Positions 28,243-36,911 of a stretch of 64,000 nucleotides of DNA are shown in pieces. Numbering within the stretch: position 1 is the stretch's first letter; each line of letters opens with the position of its first letter. The notes under the pieces were generated by a model. The model saw only the letters and a list, made by a program, of their open reading frames with translations. It had not been told where the DNA came from and did not search any database. This DNA is from Acutalibacteraceae bacterium (GTDB lineage: Bacteria; Bacillota; Clostridia; Oscillospirales; Acutalibacteraceae): positions 1,425-65,424 of the forward strand of contig JAZSJT010000087.1 in NCBI GenBank assembly GCA_045534425.1. The letters run 5' to 3'. The position numbers and the translations under genes are program-made.

Positions 28243-28875
28243 ATGAATATAATTTTTCTCGGTGCCCCCGGTGCAGGTAAAGGTACACAGGCGGAAATAG
28301 TAAGTGAAAAGCTTGCTATTCCCACCGTATCAACCGGAAACATTATCCGTGCTGCACTTAAAAACGGCACCCCTATGGGCCTCAAGGCCAAGGAATTTAT
28401 CGAATCCGGAAAGCTTGTTCCCGATGAAGTCGTAATCGGCATCATCAAGGACAGACTCGCAGAAGACGATTGTAAAAACGGCTTCATTCTTGACGGTTTC
28501 CCCAGAACTATTCCCCAGGCTCAGGCACTTGACACAATGGGTATTGTTATTGACAAGGTTATTGACATTGAAGTTGCTGATGAAAAAATCGCAGCAAGAA
28601 TGTCAGGCAGAAGAGTATGCAAGGCTTGCGGAAATTCCTATCACCTTGAATATAAGAAGCCTCAGGCTGACGGTGTTTGTGATGCTTGCGGCGGCGAGCT
28701 CATCCAGAGAAAGGATGACGCCCCCGAAACAGTTCTTGAAAGACTCAAGATTTATCACGAGGAAACAGAGCCTTTGAAGGATTATTATGAAAAGCAGGGT
28801 AAGCTTTTCATCGTTGAGGGACAGGAAGAAGTCAGTGATACAACTGCTCTTACCCTCAAAGCAGTGGAGGAATAA
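28243..28875 (+). CDS. adk: adenylate kinase (zinc-lid type)
   Basis: P-loop GAPGAGKGTQ and lid CKACG...CDACGG. Start ATG 28243, behind GGAGG. Confidence 0.95.
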   Translation: MNIIFLGAPGAGKGTQAEIVSEKLAIPTVSTGNIIRAALKNGTPMGLKAKEFIESGKLVPDEVVIGIIKDRLAEDDCKNGFILDGFPRTIPQAQALDTMGIVIDKVIDIEVADEKIAARMSGRRVCKACGNSYHLEYKKPQADGVCDACGGELIQRKDDAPETVLERLKIYHEETEPLKDYYEKQGKLFIVEGQEEVSDTTALTLKAVEE

Positions 28876-28877
28876 GC

Positions 28878-29627
28878 ATGATAGTGCTCAAAACACGCCG
28901 AGAAATCGAGCTTATGCGTGAAGCCGGCAGAATTGCTGCGGGAGCACTGAAGATTGCCGGTGAGGCTGTTCAACCCGGTATAACAACCAAGGAGATAGAT
29001 AAGATTGCTTTTGACTATATAAAAAGTCAGGGTGCAACCCCCAACTTTCTCAACTATAACGGTTTTCCGGCAACTGCATGCATTTCCATAAATTCAGAAG
29101 TTATTCATGGAATTCCCGACAGGGAACACATTATTCGTGAAGGCGATATCGTCAGTATTGACCTCGGAGCTATGATAAACGGCTTCCACGGTGACAATGC
29201 GGCAACCTTCGCCTGCGGAAGGATATCCCCGGCTGCCGAGCGGCTGTGCAACACAACGAAGGAAGCTCTGTATATCGGACTTTCTAAGGCTGTTGCAGGA
29301 AACAGACTGGGAGATATCGGCTTCGCAATTCAGGAGCATTGTGAAAAGAGAGGCTACGGTGTGGTCCGTGATTTTACAGGACACGGCATCGGAACCCATC
29401 TCCATGAAGATCCTTCGGTTCCGAACTACGGCAAACCCGGAAAGGGTGCAAGGCTCCTGCCCGGTATGACTATTGCCATTGAACCGATGATTAATGAAGG
29501 AACTCAGGATGTAAGAATTCTCAAAAATAACTGGACCGTAGTAACGGCAGACGGAAAGCTTTCAGCTCATTTCGAACATACCGTTGCAATAACAGAGGGT
29601 GAGTGTATAATACTCACGCAGTGTTGA
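28878..29627 (+). CDS. map: type I methionine aminopeptidase
   Basis: Metal ligands in the context DIVSIDLG, HGDNA, FTGHGIG, IEPM. Confidence 0.93.
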   Translation: MIVLKTRREIELMREAGRIAAGALKIAGEAVQPGITTKEIDKIAFDYIKSQGATPNFLNYNGFPATACISINSEVIHGIPDREHIIREGDIVSIDLGAMINGFHGDNAATFACGRISPAAERLCNTTKEALYIGLSKAVAGNRLGDIGFAIQEHCEKRGYGVVRDFTGHGIGTHLHEDPSVPNYGKPGKGARLLPGMTIAIEPMINEGTQDVRILKNNWTVVTADGKLSAHFEHTVAITEGECIILTQC

Positions 29628-29637
29628 GAGGTGCCAA

Positions 29638-29883
29638 ATGTATTTTAGAGGACAAGTAATTAAATCTGCGGCAGGTCGCGACAAAGACTATCTGATGACA
29701 GTAGTGGGCTTTGATGACAAATTTGTTTATGTGTGTGACGGAAAAGAAAGACGCATCGGAAATCCTAAGCGAAAGAACCCGAAGCACATTGAAATGACAG
29801 ATTTTTCTGTAACAGAGGCGGATATGAATTCCGACAGAAGTTTAAGAAAAGCACTTGCCCGAATAGAGTCCCACAATGAATAA
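29638..29883 (+). CDS. KOW-domain small RNA-binding protein
   Basis: 81 aa, [22 protein letters not shown]-like motif. The map-infA position is common in Firmicutes. Confidence 0.7.
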   Translation: MYFRGQVIKSAAGRDKDYLMTVVGFDDKFVYVCDGKERRIGNPKRKNPKHIEMTDFSVTEADMNSDRSLRKALARIESHNE

Positions 29884-29897
29884 CGGAGGTAAAAGTT

Positions 29898-30116
29898 ATG
29901 TCCAAGCAGGATAATATCGAAATCGAAGGTACCGTTGTAGAAGCTCTTCCCAATGCAGCATTCAAGGTAGAACTTCAGAACGGAAAAGTGATCTTAGCAC
30001 ATATCTCGGGAAAGCTTCGTATGAACTATATAAGAATTCTTCCCGGTGATAAGGTTACAGTTGAACTTTCACCCTATGATCTCACAAAGGGACGCATTAC
30101 ATGGCGTTCAAAATAA
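29898..30116 (+). CDS. infA: translation initiation factor IF-1
   Basis: [20 protein letters not shown]...RITWR. Confidence 0.95.
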   Translation: MSKQDNIEIEGTVVEALPNAAFKVELQNGKVILAHISGKLRMNYIRILPGDKVTVELSPYDLTKGRITWRSK

Positions 30117-30173
30117 ATCCCTGAACCGATAAGAAAATCGGATAAAGGCAAATAATATTAGGAGGTATTAACA

Positions 30174-30287
30174 ATGAAAGTCAGACCTTCTGTAAAGAAA
30201 ATTTGCGAGAAGTGCAAAATCATTAAGCGCAAGGGAAAAGTAATGGTTATCTGTGAAAATCCCAAGCATAAGCAGCGTCAGGGCTAA
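30174..30287 (+). CDS. rpmJ: 50S ribosomal protein L36
   Basis: Manual translation: [45 protein letters not shown]. Confidence 0.92.
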   Translation: MKVRPSVKKICEKCKIIKRKGKVMVICENPKHKQRQG

Positions 30288-30326
30288 GCCTTGACAACAA
30301 CCTATTAATGGAGGTGTAACTGACAA

Positions 30327-30695
30327 ATGGCGCGTATATCTGGTGTAGACCTTCCCAGAGAAAAGAGAGTTGAAATCGCTCTTACTTATATCTATGGTAT
30401 TGGTCAGAAAACTGCAAGCGACATTATTAAGGCAACAGGTGTTGATCCTGACATCAGAGTTAAGGATTTAACAGAAGACGATGTTTCAAAACTTCGTGAG
30501 TATATCGACCACAATGTTAAGGTTGAAGGTGACCTCAGAAGAGAAACAGCATTTGATATCAAGAGACTTATAGAAATAGGCAGTTATCGCGGTGTCCGTC
30601 ACCGTAAGGGACTTCCCGTAAGAGGTCAGCGTTCAAAGACAAACGCTCGTACTCGTAAGGGCCCCAAGAAGACAATTGCTAACAAGAAGAAGTAA
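30327..30695 (+). CDS. rpsM: 30S ribosomal protein S13
   Basis: [26 protein letters not shown]. Confidence 0.95.
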   Translation: MARISGVDLPREKRVEIALTYIYGIGQKTASDIIKATGVDPDIRVKDLTEDDVSKLREYIDHNVKVEGDLRRETAFDIKRLIEIGSYRGVRHRKGLPVRGQRSKTNARTRKGPKKTIANKKK

Positions 30696-30709
30696 GGAGG
30701 AGTATCAGT

Positions 30710-31111
30710 ATGGCTAAAGCAGTAGCTAAAAAAGGCGCAACACGTAAGCGTCGTGAGCGTAAAAATATTGATCGTGGTGCTGTACACATTCAGTCCACAT
30801 TCAATAACACAATCGTAACTATTTCTGATACTCAGGGCAACACCGTTTCATGGGCATCTGCCGGTGAAATGGGCTTCAGAGGATCAAGAAAGTCCACTCC
30901 CTTTGCAGCACAGACAGCTGCTGAAACAGCTGCTAAGATTGCAATGGAACATGGTATGAAGACCGTTGAGGTTTATGTTAAGGGTCCCGGACAGGGCAGA
31001 GAAGCAGCAATCCGTGCTCTTCAGACTGCAGGTCTTGAAGTTACAATGATCAAGGATGTAACTCCCATTCCTCACAACGGCTGCCGTCCTCCCAAGAGAA
31101 GACGTGTATAA
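30710..31111 (+). CDS. rpsK: 30S ribosomal protein S11
   Basis: [15 protein letters not shown]...[16 protein letters not shown]. Confidence 0.95.
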   Translation: MAKAVAKKGATRKRRERKNIDRGAVHIQSTFNNTIVTISDTQGNTVSWASAGEMGFRGSRKSTPFAAQTAAETAAKIAMEHGMKTVEVYVKGPGQGREAAIRALQTAGLEVTMIKDVTPIPHNGCRPPKRRRV

Positions 31112-31135
31112 TAATAACAGGAGGTAACGTAAACT

Positions 31136-31762
31136 ATGGCAAGATATACCGGTGCGGTATGTAAGCTTTGCCGCCGTGAAGGCAAAAAGCTCTTCTTAAA
31201 GGGTGAAAGATGCTACACAGGCAAGTGTGCAATTGATCGCCGCAACTATGCACCCGGACAGCACGGTCAGGGCCGTAAAAAGTCTTCCGAATACGGAACA
31301 CAGCTCCGTGCAAAGCAGACCGCAAGAAGATATTATGGTATAAACGAAGTACAGTTCAGCAAATATTTTGAAATGGCAGAGAAGCAGACAGGTATGACAG
31401 GTGAAAACCTTCTTCGTATCTGCGAAAGCCGTCTTGATAACATTGTTTATCTTTTAGGTTGGGCTTCCTCCCGTGCAGAAGCAAGACAGCTTGTAACTCA
31501 CGGTCATTACGAAATTAACGGTAAAAAGGTTGACATTCCTTCCTACCTTTGCAAGGCCGGAGAAGTTGTTTCCATAAAGAAGGCAAGTCTTGACAGCGAA
31601 AAGTTCAAGGCAGTGCTTGAAGCAAATGCATCAAGACCTGTTCCCCAGTGGCTTGAAGCAAATGCAGAAACATATGCAGCAAAGATAGTTGCTCTTCCCG
31701 ACAGAGATCAGATTTTTGTTCCTGTTGAAGAACACCTTATCGTTGAGTTCTATTCTAAATAA
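31136..31762 (+). CDS. rpsD: 30S ribosomal protein S4
   Basis: [16 protein letters not shown]..., S4 domain. Confidence 0.95.
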   Translation: MARYTGAVCKLCRREGKKLFLKGERCYTGKCAIDRRNYAPGQHGQGRKKSSEYGTQLRAKQTARRYYGINEVQFSKYFEMAEKQTGMTGENLLRICESRLDNIVYLLGWASSRAEARQLVTHGHYEINGKKVDIPSYLCKAGEVVSIKKASLDSEKFKAVLEANASRPVPQWLEANAETYAAKIVALPDRDQIFVPVEEHLIVEFYSK

Positions 31763-31837
31763 TTGAACTGTTGTATTTATGTTTTTATATTCGGCACAGA
31801 ATTCTGTCAATTCTGTAATTACAAGGAGTGTATTTGA

Positions 31838-32797
31838 ATGATAGGCATAGAAAGACCCAGTATTACAACTGTTGATCTGAGTGAAAACGGTTCACACGGC
31901 AAATTTGTCCTTGAACCCCTTGAAAGAGGCTACGGTACAACACTCGGCAACAGTCTTCGCCGTGTTCTTTTGTCATCACTCACAGGTTATGCCATTACAT
32001 CTGTAAAGATAAATGGTGTACTTCACGAGTTTTCGAGCATAGAAGGAGTAAAAGAGGATGTAACTGAGATTGTTCTCAACTTAAAAGGTGTTATCCTCAA
32101 GATTCACGGTAATGAGCCTAAAACCCTTTACATTGATGTAAACGGTGCTACAGAAATCACAGCAGGTGATATTCAGGCTGATTCCGAAGTTGAGATTATC
32201 AATCCCGATTGGCATATTGCTACTCTCAGTTCTGATGCACATGTCAGAATGGAGCTTACCGCAGGTATGGGTAAGGGTTATGTTTCGGCTGAAAAGAACA
32301 AGACGATTCTTAACCAGAACAATTCCAGCATCGGTGTTATAGCAATCGACTCTATCTACACTCCTGTTGCTAATGTAAACTATACAGTAGAGGATGTCCG
32401 TGTCGGTGACATTACTGACTATGACAAATTAACTCTCGAAGTAAGAACAAACGGTACACTTTCCGCACAGGAAGCTGTTTCGTTTGCAGCCAAGATTCTC
32501 AACGAACATCTCAATCTCTTTGTTGACCTTTCTGAAGAAGCAAGCAACGTTGAGGTTATGGTCGTTAAGGATACAGATTCCAATAAGCAGACATTAGAGA
32601 TGACCGTTGAGGAACTTGACCTTTCCGTTCGTTCTTTCAATTGTCTCAAGAGAGCGAATATTCATAAGGTTGGCGATCTGATAGAAAAGACTGAAGATGA
32701 TATGATGAAAGTCAGAAATCTCGGCAAAAAATCTCTTGATGAGGTTATTGCAAAACTCTCTCAGTTTGGTTTATCTCTTCGTCAGGAGGATGAATAA
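31838..32797 (+). CDS. rpoA: DNA-directed RNA polymerase subunit alpha
   Basis: [23 protein letters not shown]-terminal domain with [12 protein letters not shown]. Confidence 0.95.
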   Translation: MIGIERPSITTVDLSENGSHGKFVLEPLERGYGTTLGNSLRRVLLSSLTGYAITSVKINGVLHEFSSIEGVKEDVTEIVLNLKGVILKIHGNEPKTLYIDVNGATEITAGDIQADSEVEIINPDWHIATLSSDAHVRMELTAGMGKGYVSAEKNKTILNQNNSSIGVIAIDSIYTPVANVNYTVEDVRVGDITDYDKLTLEVRTNGTLSAQEAVSFAAKILNEHLNLFVDLSEEASNVEVMVVKDTDSNKQTLEMTVEELDLSVRSFNCLKRANIHKVGDLIEKTEDDMMKVRNLGKKSLDEVIAKLSQFGLSLRQEDE

Positions 32798-32840
32798 TCC
32801 TTTAATTCTAACCTATAAAGGTATTAAGGAGTGATTTTAA

Positions 32841-33182
32841 ATGCCCGGAACCAGAAAGCTCGGCAGACCTACTGATCATCGTAGAGCTATGATGAGAGCT
32901 ATGGTAACTTACCTTTTGGAAAATGGCAAAATTGAAACCACCGTTACAAGAGCTAAGGAAGTTCGTGCTATTACCGAGAAAATGATTACTCTCGCTAAGG
33001 TAAACTCCCTTCACAATAGAAGACAGGCAATGGCTTACATCACAAAGGAAGACGTTGTCAAGAAGCTCTTTGATGAAGTTGCACCTAAGTATGCAGACGT
33101 TAAGGGTGGTTATTGCCGCATTATCAAGACAGGTCCCCGTCGCGGTGACGCTGCTGAAATGTGCATAATCGAACTCATCTGA
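32841..33182 (+). CDS. rplQ: 50S ribosomal protein L17
   Basis: [17 protein letters not shown]. Confidence 0.95.
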   Translation: MPGTRKLGRPTDHRRAMMRAMVTYLLENGKIETTVTRAKEVRAITEKMITLAKVNSLHNRRQAMAYITKEDVVKKLFDEVAPKYADVKGGYCRIIKTGPRRGDAAEMCIIELI

Positions 33183-33213
33183 GGAATTTCCCAAAAGCAA
33201 GTTTTATAAAACG

Positions 33214-33245
33214 ACGGAACATCGAAAGGTGTTCCGTTATTTTTA
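33214..33245 (+). terminator. intrinsic terminator of the alpha operon
   Basis: Hairpin acggaaca...tgttccgt followed by a T-run. Confidence 0.75.
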
Positions 33246-33339
33246 AATATTTAAGTTTTGTTTAATTCAGTGGTTTTTTATTTACAAGGCGTACAAGAGA
33301 CTTTATAATAAAACTAAATAAAAGAAAGGAGAATTCGGT

Positions 33340-34218
33340 ATGGAAAAATCAGTAAAAGAAAATAAAATGTTGACATTGTTTGCATTAAGTAAAATATTTT
33401 TGATTTGTGCGTTTTTTGTCGAGCAAATTTTTCATCCGGCATTAGGCGATAACTTTGCTGATTATCTTGAATGTCTGTTTCCTGTAAGTATATTGATATT
33501 TATTATCGGCGGATTTTTTGTGACGGAAAAAAATCTCAATATATATCACAAGGCCTGTAAGCTTCTAATTCCATTAAGAATTGTTTTCGGGGAAACGGGA
33601 TTAATACTGTATATGTATTTTGAGGATTCTCTATATCTTTTAAGAACAGAGCAAATGTCTTTCGGTGAGCTTTTATCAGTTGAAGACGGTTTTCTGTTCT
33701 TTAATCTTTTACCGTATATTGTGAAGGTCATATTTGAATCCTTTGCATTAATATGCATCACGGACCATAAAACAAATAATCTTGACCGTGAAAAAAACTT
33801 AAAAAATAACAAGAATTTCCTGAAATCATCTCTGTTTTACGGGCTTTTATGCTCAACTGATATGATATATATGTATGTTGTAAGGCTTGATGCATTATCA
33901 ACAAGTGAAGGTATAACGGACATTTTGTGTTTATTTATTCCCGGATTAATTTATATTGTATTTACTCTTTGTATTATATTTTTCGAAAAAATAATTCTTG
34001 TGAAAATACTGAAATATTCATTTATTGCGGTAACGTTTATTATAGCTTTGAGCGGGGCAATCGGAGTATTAATGAAAAATTTCTCATATATCGGATTTTC
34101 CTATATTGATGCGTGCAATATAATAAATGTTTTATCAACTCTTGCTTTCAGCTTTGTTATTACAGAAACAGGTGAATTATGTTTTTCTGATAAGATGCAC
34201 AAAAAAGCAGAAGCCTGA
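33340..34218 (+). CDS. hypothetical multi-pass membrane protein
   Basis: 292 aa with several hydrophobic helices. AGGAG RBS. The gene is visibly more AT-rich than its neighbours. No motif I recognise. Confidence 0.5.
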   Translation: MEKSVKENKMLTLFALSKIFLICAFFVEQIFHPALGDNFADYLECLFPVSILIFIIGGFFVTEKNLNIYHKACKLLIPLRIVFGETGLILYMYFEDSLYLLRTEQMSFGELLSVEDGFLFFNLLPYIVKVIFESFALICITDHKTNNLDREKNLKNNKNFLKSSLFYGLLCSTDMIYMYVVRLDALSTSEGITDILCLFIPGLIYIVFTLCIIFFEKIILVKILKYSFIAVTFIIALSGAIGVLMKNFSYIGFSYIDACNIINVLSTLAFSFVITETGELCFSDKMHKKAEA

Positions 34219-34253
34219 TTGTGAAAAATAACTGTAAAACTTTGTGATTTCTG

Positions 34254-34282
34254 TTGACTTTCAGATTATAAAAGTATATACT
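34254..34282 (+). promoter_or_regulatory. candidate sigma-A promoter
   Basis: TTGACT (34254-34259), 17-nt spacer, TATACT (34277-34282). Confidence 0.4.
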
Positions 34283-34287
34283 TATAT

Positions 34288-34317
34288 CTCGGTGCGGTAA
34301 ACGTACCGAGTTTTTTT
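34288..34317 (+). terminator. intrinsic terminator
   Basis: Hairpin ctcggtgc...gtaccgag followed by seven T. It sits only 13 nt before the next start codon. Confidence 0.6.
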
Positions 34318-34329
34318 CGGAGAAATTAT

Positions 34330-35436
34330 ATGACAAACATATTATCTTTTATAAAAAAGAATACAGTTATGGAAATAGCATTGGTTGCTGCAGTTGCAAC
34401 AACATTTTTTGTCCCCGTGGACAAAGAATACCTCGGATATTTTGATTTCAAGACACTTTCCTGCCTTTTTTGTGTTCTTGCGGTTGTATGTGCATTGAAG
34501 CATATTAAATTCTTTTATATTCTTGCAAGAAAGATTGTGGAAAGCTTTAAGAATATAAAATACTGTGTGCTGTCTCTTGTGTATATCACATTTATCGGTT
34601 CAATGCTTATTGCTAACGATATGGCTTTGCTGACATTTCTGCCTTTAGGCTATTTCATACTTGATGCAACTAATCAGCGAAAATATATGGCATTTACTTT
34701 TATAATGCAGAATATTGCCGCAAATCTCGGCGGTATGCTGACACCCTTCGGCAATCCCCAGAATTTATATCTCTACACTAAATTCAATATCCCCAATGGC
34801 GAATTTGTCAGTATTATGCTTCCGCCCTTTATAATTTCCGTCATTATAATAACCGTTTGCTGTTTAGTTTTCGTAAAAAGTGAAAAGCTTGAAATAACGG
34901 GAGAACCCATAAAGCTTGATTATAAGAGAGCGGGTTTATATCTTGCACTATTTATTCTTTCAATTGCAATAGTTTTCAGAACGGTTCCATATGTTGTCGG
35001 ACTTGTCATTATCCCCGCAGTTTTACTTGTTTTTGACCGTAAAGCTCTTAAAGAGGTAGACTATCCTCTGTTGCTGACATTTGTCTTTTTCTTTATATTT
35101 GCGGGAAATATGGCAAGAATTGACCTGATAAGAGAGGCGTTTTCATTTCTTCTCAATAAGAGTGTGCTTTTATTCAGTGTTGTTTCCTGTCAGTTTATAA
35201 GCAATGTCCCTTCGGCAATTCTTCTTTCACAGTTTACGGAAAATTATCCCGAGCTTCTTTTAGGTGTAAATATCGGCGGTGTGGGAACTCTCATTTCTTC
35301 ACTTGCAAGTCTTATCACATTCAGAGAATACCACAAGCACAATCCTAAGAAAACACTCTATTATGTAGGTCTCTTTTCACTTTTTAATTTCGGCTTCCTG
35401 TTTCTTCTTTCGGGAATTGAAATGGCTATTATATAA
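34330..35436 (+). CDS. ArsB/NhaD-superfamily (citrate-transporter-like, YbiR-type) anion permease
   Basis: 368 aa polytopic protein. Motifs ANDMALLTFLP and GGMLTPFGNPQNL are typical of this superfamily. Confidence 0.6.
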   Translation: MTNILSFIKKNTVMEIALVAAVATTFFVPVDKEYLGYFDFKTLSCLFCVLAVVCALKHIKFFYILARKIVESFKNIKYCVLSLVYITFIGSMLIANDMALLTFLPLGYFILDATNQRKYMAFTFIMQNIAANLGGMLTPFGNPQNLYLYTKFNIPNGEFVSIMLPPFIISVIIITVCCLVFVKSEKLEITGEPIKLDYKRAGLYLALFILSIAIVFRTVPYVVGLVIIPAVLLVFDRKALKEVDYPLLLTFVFFFIFAGNMARIDLIREAFSFLLNKSVLLFSVVSCQFISNVPSAILLSQFTENYPELLLGVNIGGVGTLISSLASLITFREYHKHNPKKTLYYVGLFSLFNFGFLFLLSGIEMAII

Positions 35437-35441
35437 ATTTT

Positions 35442-35471
35442 CGGCTCTTCATTTTCAGAAGAGCCGTTTTT
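35442..35471 (+). terminator. intrinsic terminator
   Basis: Hairpin cggctcttc...gaagagccg followed by TTTTT. Confidence 0.7.
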
Positions 35472-35515
35472 ATATTCTGTTTATTATGTAAATTCCGAAA
35501 TATTCGAGTAATTTA

Positions 35516-36865
35516 TTATTCATTTTCAAATGAGCTGATATCAATAAATTTTTCAGAATTATTGACTGCCTCCTGAATTTTGCTGCAGCTTGCGGCAGTG
35601 AGTTTTATCTTTCCGTTTTCATCCGTACATAACATAATTGCTTCAAATCGCATTGAATATGCTTTTTTTAGGTTATTATGGATTGTTTGCAGTCCGTTAA
35701 TTCCTTTTGTGATTTCAGTCGCTTTTTTAATTTCTTTTGTTGCAAGAGCAGTGAAAGAAATGAAATCCTCATAACTTCTTGCTTTAAGAGCTTCACTTGC
35801 GGCGAAATCATAGGATGAAATATTTTCAACAAGAGGCCTCAGGGCGTTTTCTGCTTCTGAAATTTTATTCTTATTTGCACCGCAGGAAGAGCAAAAGCCG
35901 TATTCATTAAATATGTGTTCACCCTTTTTGAAAACCTTTTCATTACAGCTTATACACTTTCCCGTATTATAACAACCGTTATTTTCCTCAATGTGATGAG
36001 GATTTTCTGCCTGCATAGTGAAGCTTTTTTCTGTCAGTGAGCAGGTAAAGGTGAATTTACCGCCGTCTTCACAGGATGAGCTTTCTTGTGGAGAAGCAGA
36101 GAAGCTGTGATAAATGATTTCTTCAAGCCCGACTGCGGCACGAAGAGCGTAACGGGCATCAGATGCGGAAATTTTTTCATCATAATCGGCATTTGCATAG
36201 GGGAGTGACACCAAATCAATTGCTTCAAGCCCCACCGCAGCACGAAGAATTGTTCTTGCATCAAGTGCGGAAACCGTTCCGTCTGTATTGACATCGCCCA
36301 AAGGATAGCGTTTTGCTTCTGATGAATATGCAGTTTTTCCGTCTTTAAGAAAATATGTGATTGTGCCCGATTGGGATTTATCTTCCGAATTTATTTTATA
36401 TTCGATTGTTATTGTGTCTGTGTCCGAAAAATTATCATTCGTCTTTAAGATTATATTCAGAAGATGAAAATTATGATCACTTGAAAAGTCAGTAACAAAG
36501 AAACCGGAGAAGCTTACCTTATCTGATGCGGTTTCATTAAAAAACGTAAAATAATTTGTATTTGTGTCGGGACTATCCGGGAAATCATCAAAGGAAATAT
36601 TGAATTTTTCACTGTCGGTATTTTCAATTGAGCTTTCAGCTATTATAATTCTGTTCTCGTCTGTAAAAAGCTTTATATCAACATCTGTGATTCTTTCGGG
36701 AGAAGAGATATATACCGAAGCAGTGTAGGAGTTTTCGTCGGGTGTTATTAATACAATAAGGTCATTTTCGAAGGCACGTGAACTGATGCTGAAACTAAGC
36801 ATCATAAAAAATGCAGAAAAAATTGTGATAATACCTTTTATCCTGTTTTTCGTCATTTTTCGCAC
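35516..36865 (-). CDS. secreted protein with a central dockerin and a Cys-rich zinc-ribbon-like module
   Basis: Signal peptide. Beta-rich N-terminal module. Dockerin repeats GDVNTDGTVSALDARTILRAAVGLE and ADYDEKISASDARYALRAAVGLEE (nt 36119-36301). Then CxxC...CxxC and a helical C-terminus. Confidence 0.7.
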   Translation of the reverse strand: MRKMTKNRIKGIITIFSAFFMMLSFSISSRAFENDLIVLITPDENSYTASVYISSPERITDVDIKLFTDENRIIIAESSIENTDSEKFNISFDDFPDSPDTNTNYFTFFNETASDKVSFSGFFVTDFSSDHNFHLLNIILKTNDNFSDTDTITIEYKINSEDKSQSGTITYFLKDGKTAYSSEAKRYPLGDVNTDGTVSALDARTILRAAVGLEAIDLVSLPYANADYDEKISASDARYALRAAVGLEEIIYHSFSASPQESSSCEDGGKFTFTCSLTEKSFTMQAENPHHIEENNGCYNTGKCISCNEKVFKKGEHIFNEYGFCSSCGANKNKISEAENALRPLVENISSYDFAASEALKARSYEDFISFTALATKEIKKATEITKGINGLQTIHNNLKKAYSMRFEAIMLCTDENGKIKLTAASCSKIQEAVNNSEKFIDISSFENE

Positions 36866-36880
36866 CTCCTGTAAAGAATA

Positions 36881-36903
36881 AGCCTCCGTTTTTACCGGAG
36901 GCT
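36881..36903 (-). terminator. hairpin with a weak U-run, possible partial terminator
   Basis: Arms agcctccg and cggaggct. On the minus strand only TATTCTTT follows. The next RBS is about 10 nt downstream. Confidence 0.35.
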
Positions 36904-36911
36904 CAAATTAT

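Noticed and set aside
31795-31825. Palindrome ACAGAATTCTGT and the adjacent AATTCTGT repeat between rpsD and rpoA
   Set aside because: It is short, AT-rich and sits in a normal inter-operon spacer. It is probably a processing or weak terminator hairpin, with no basis for a stronger claim.
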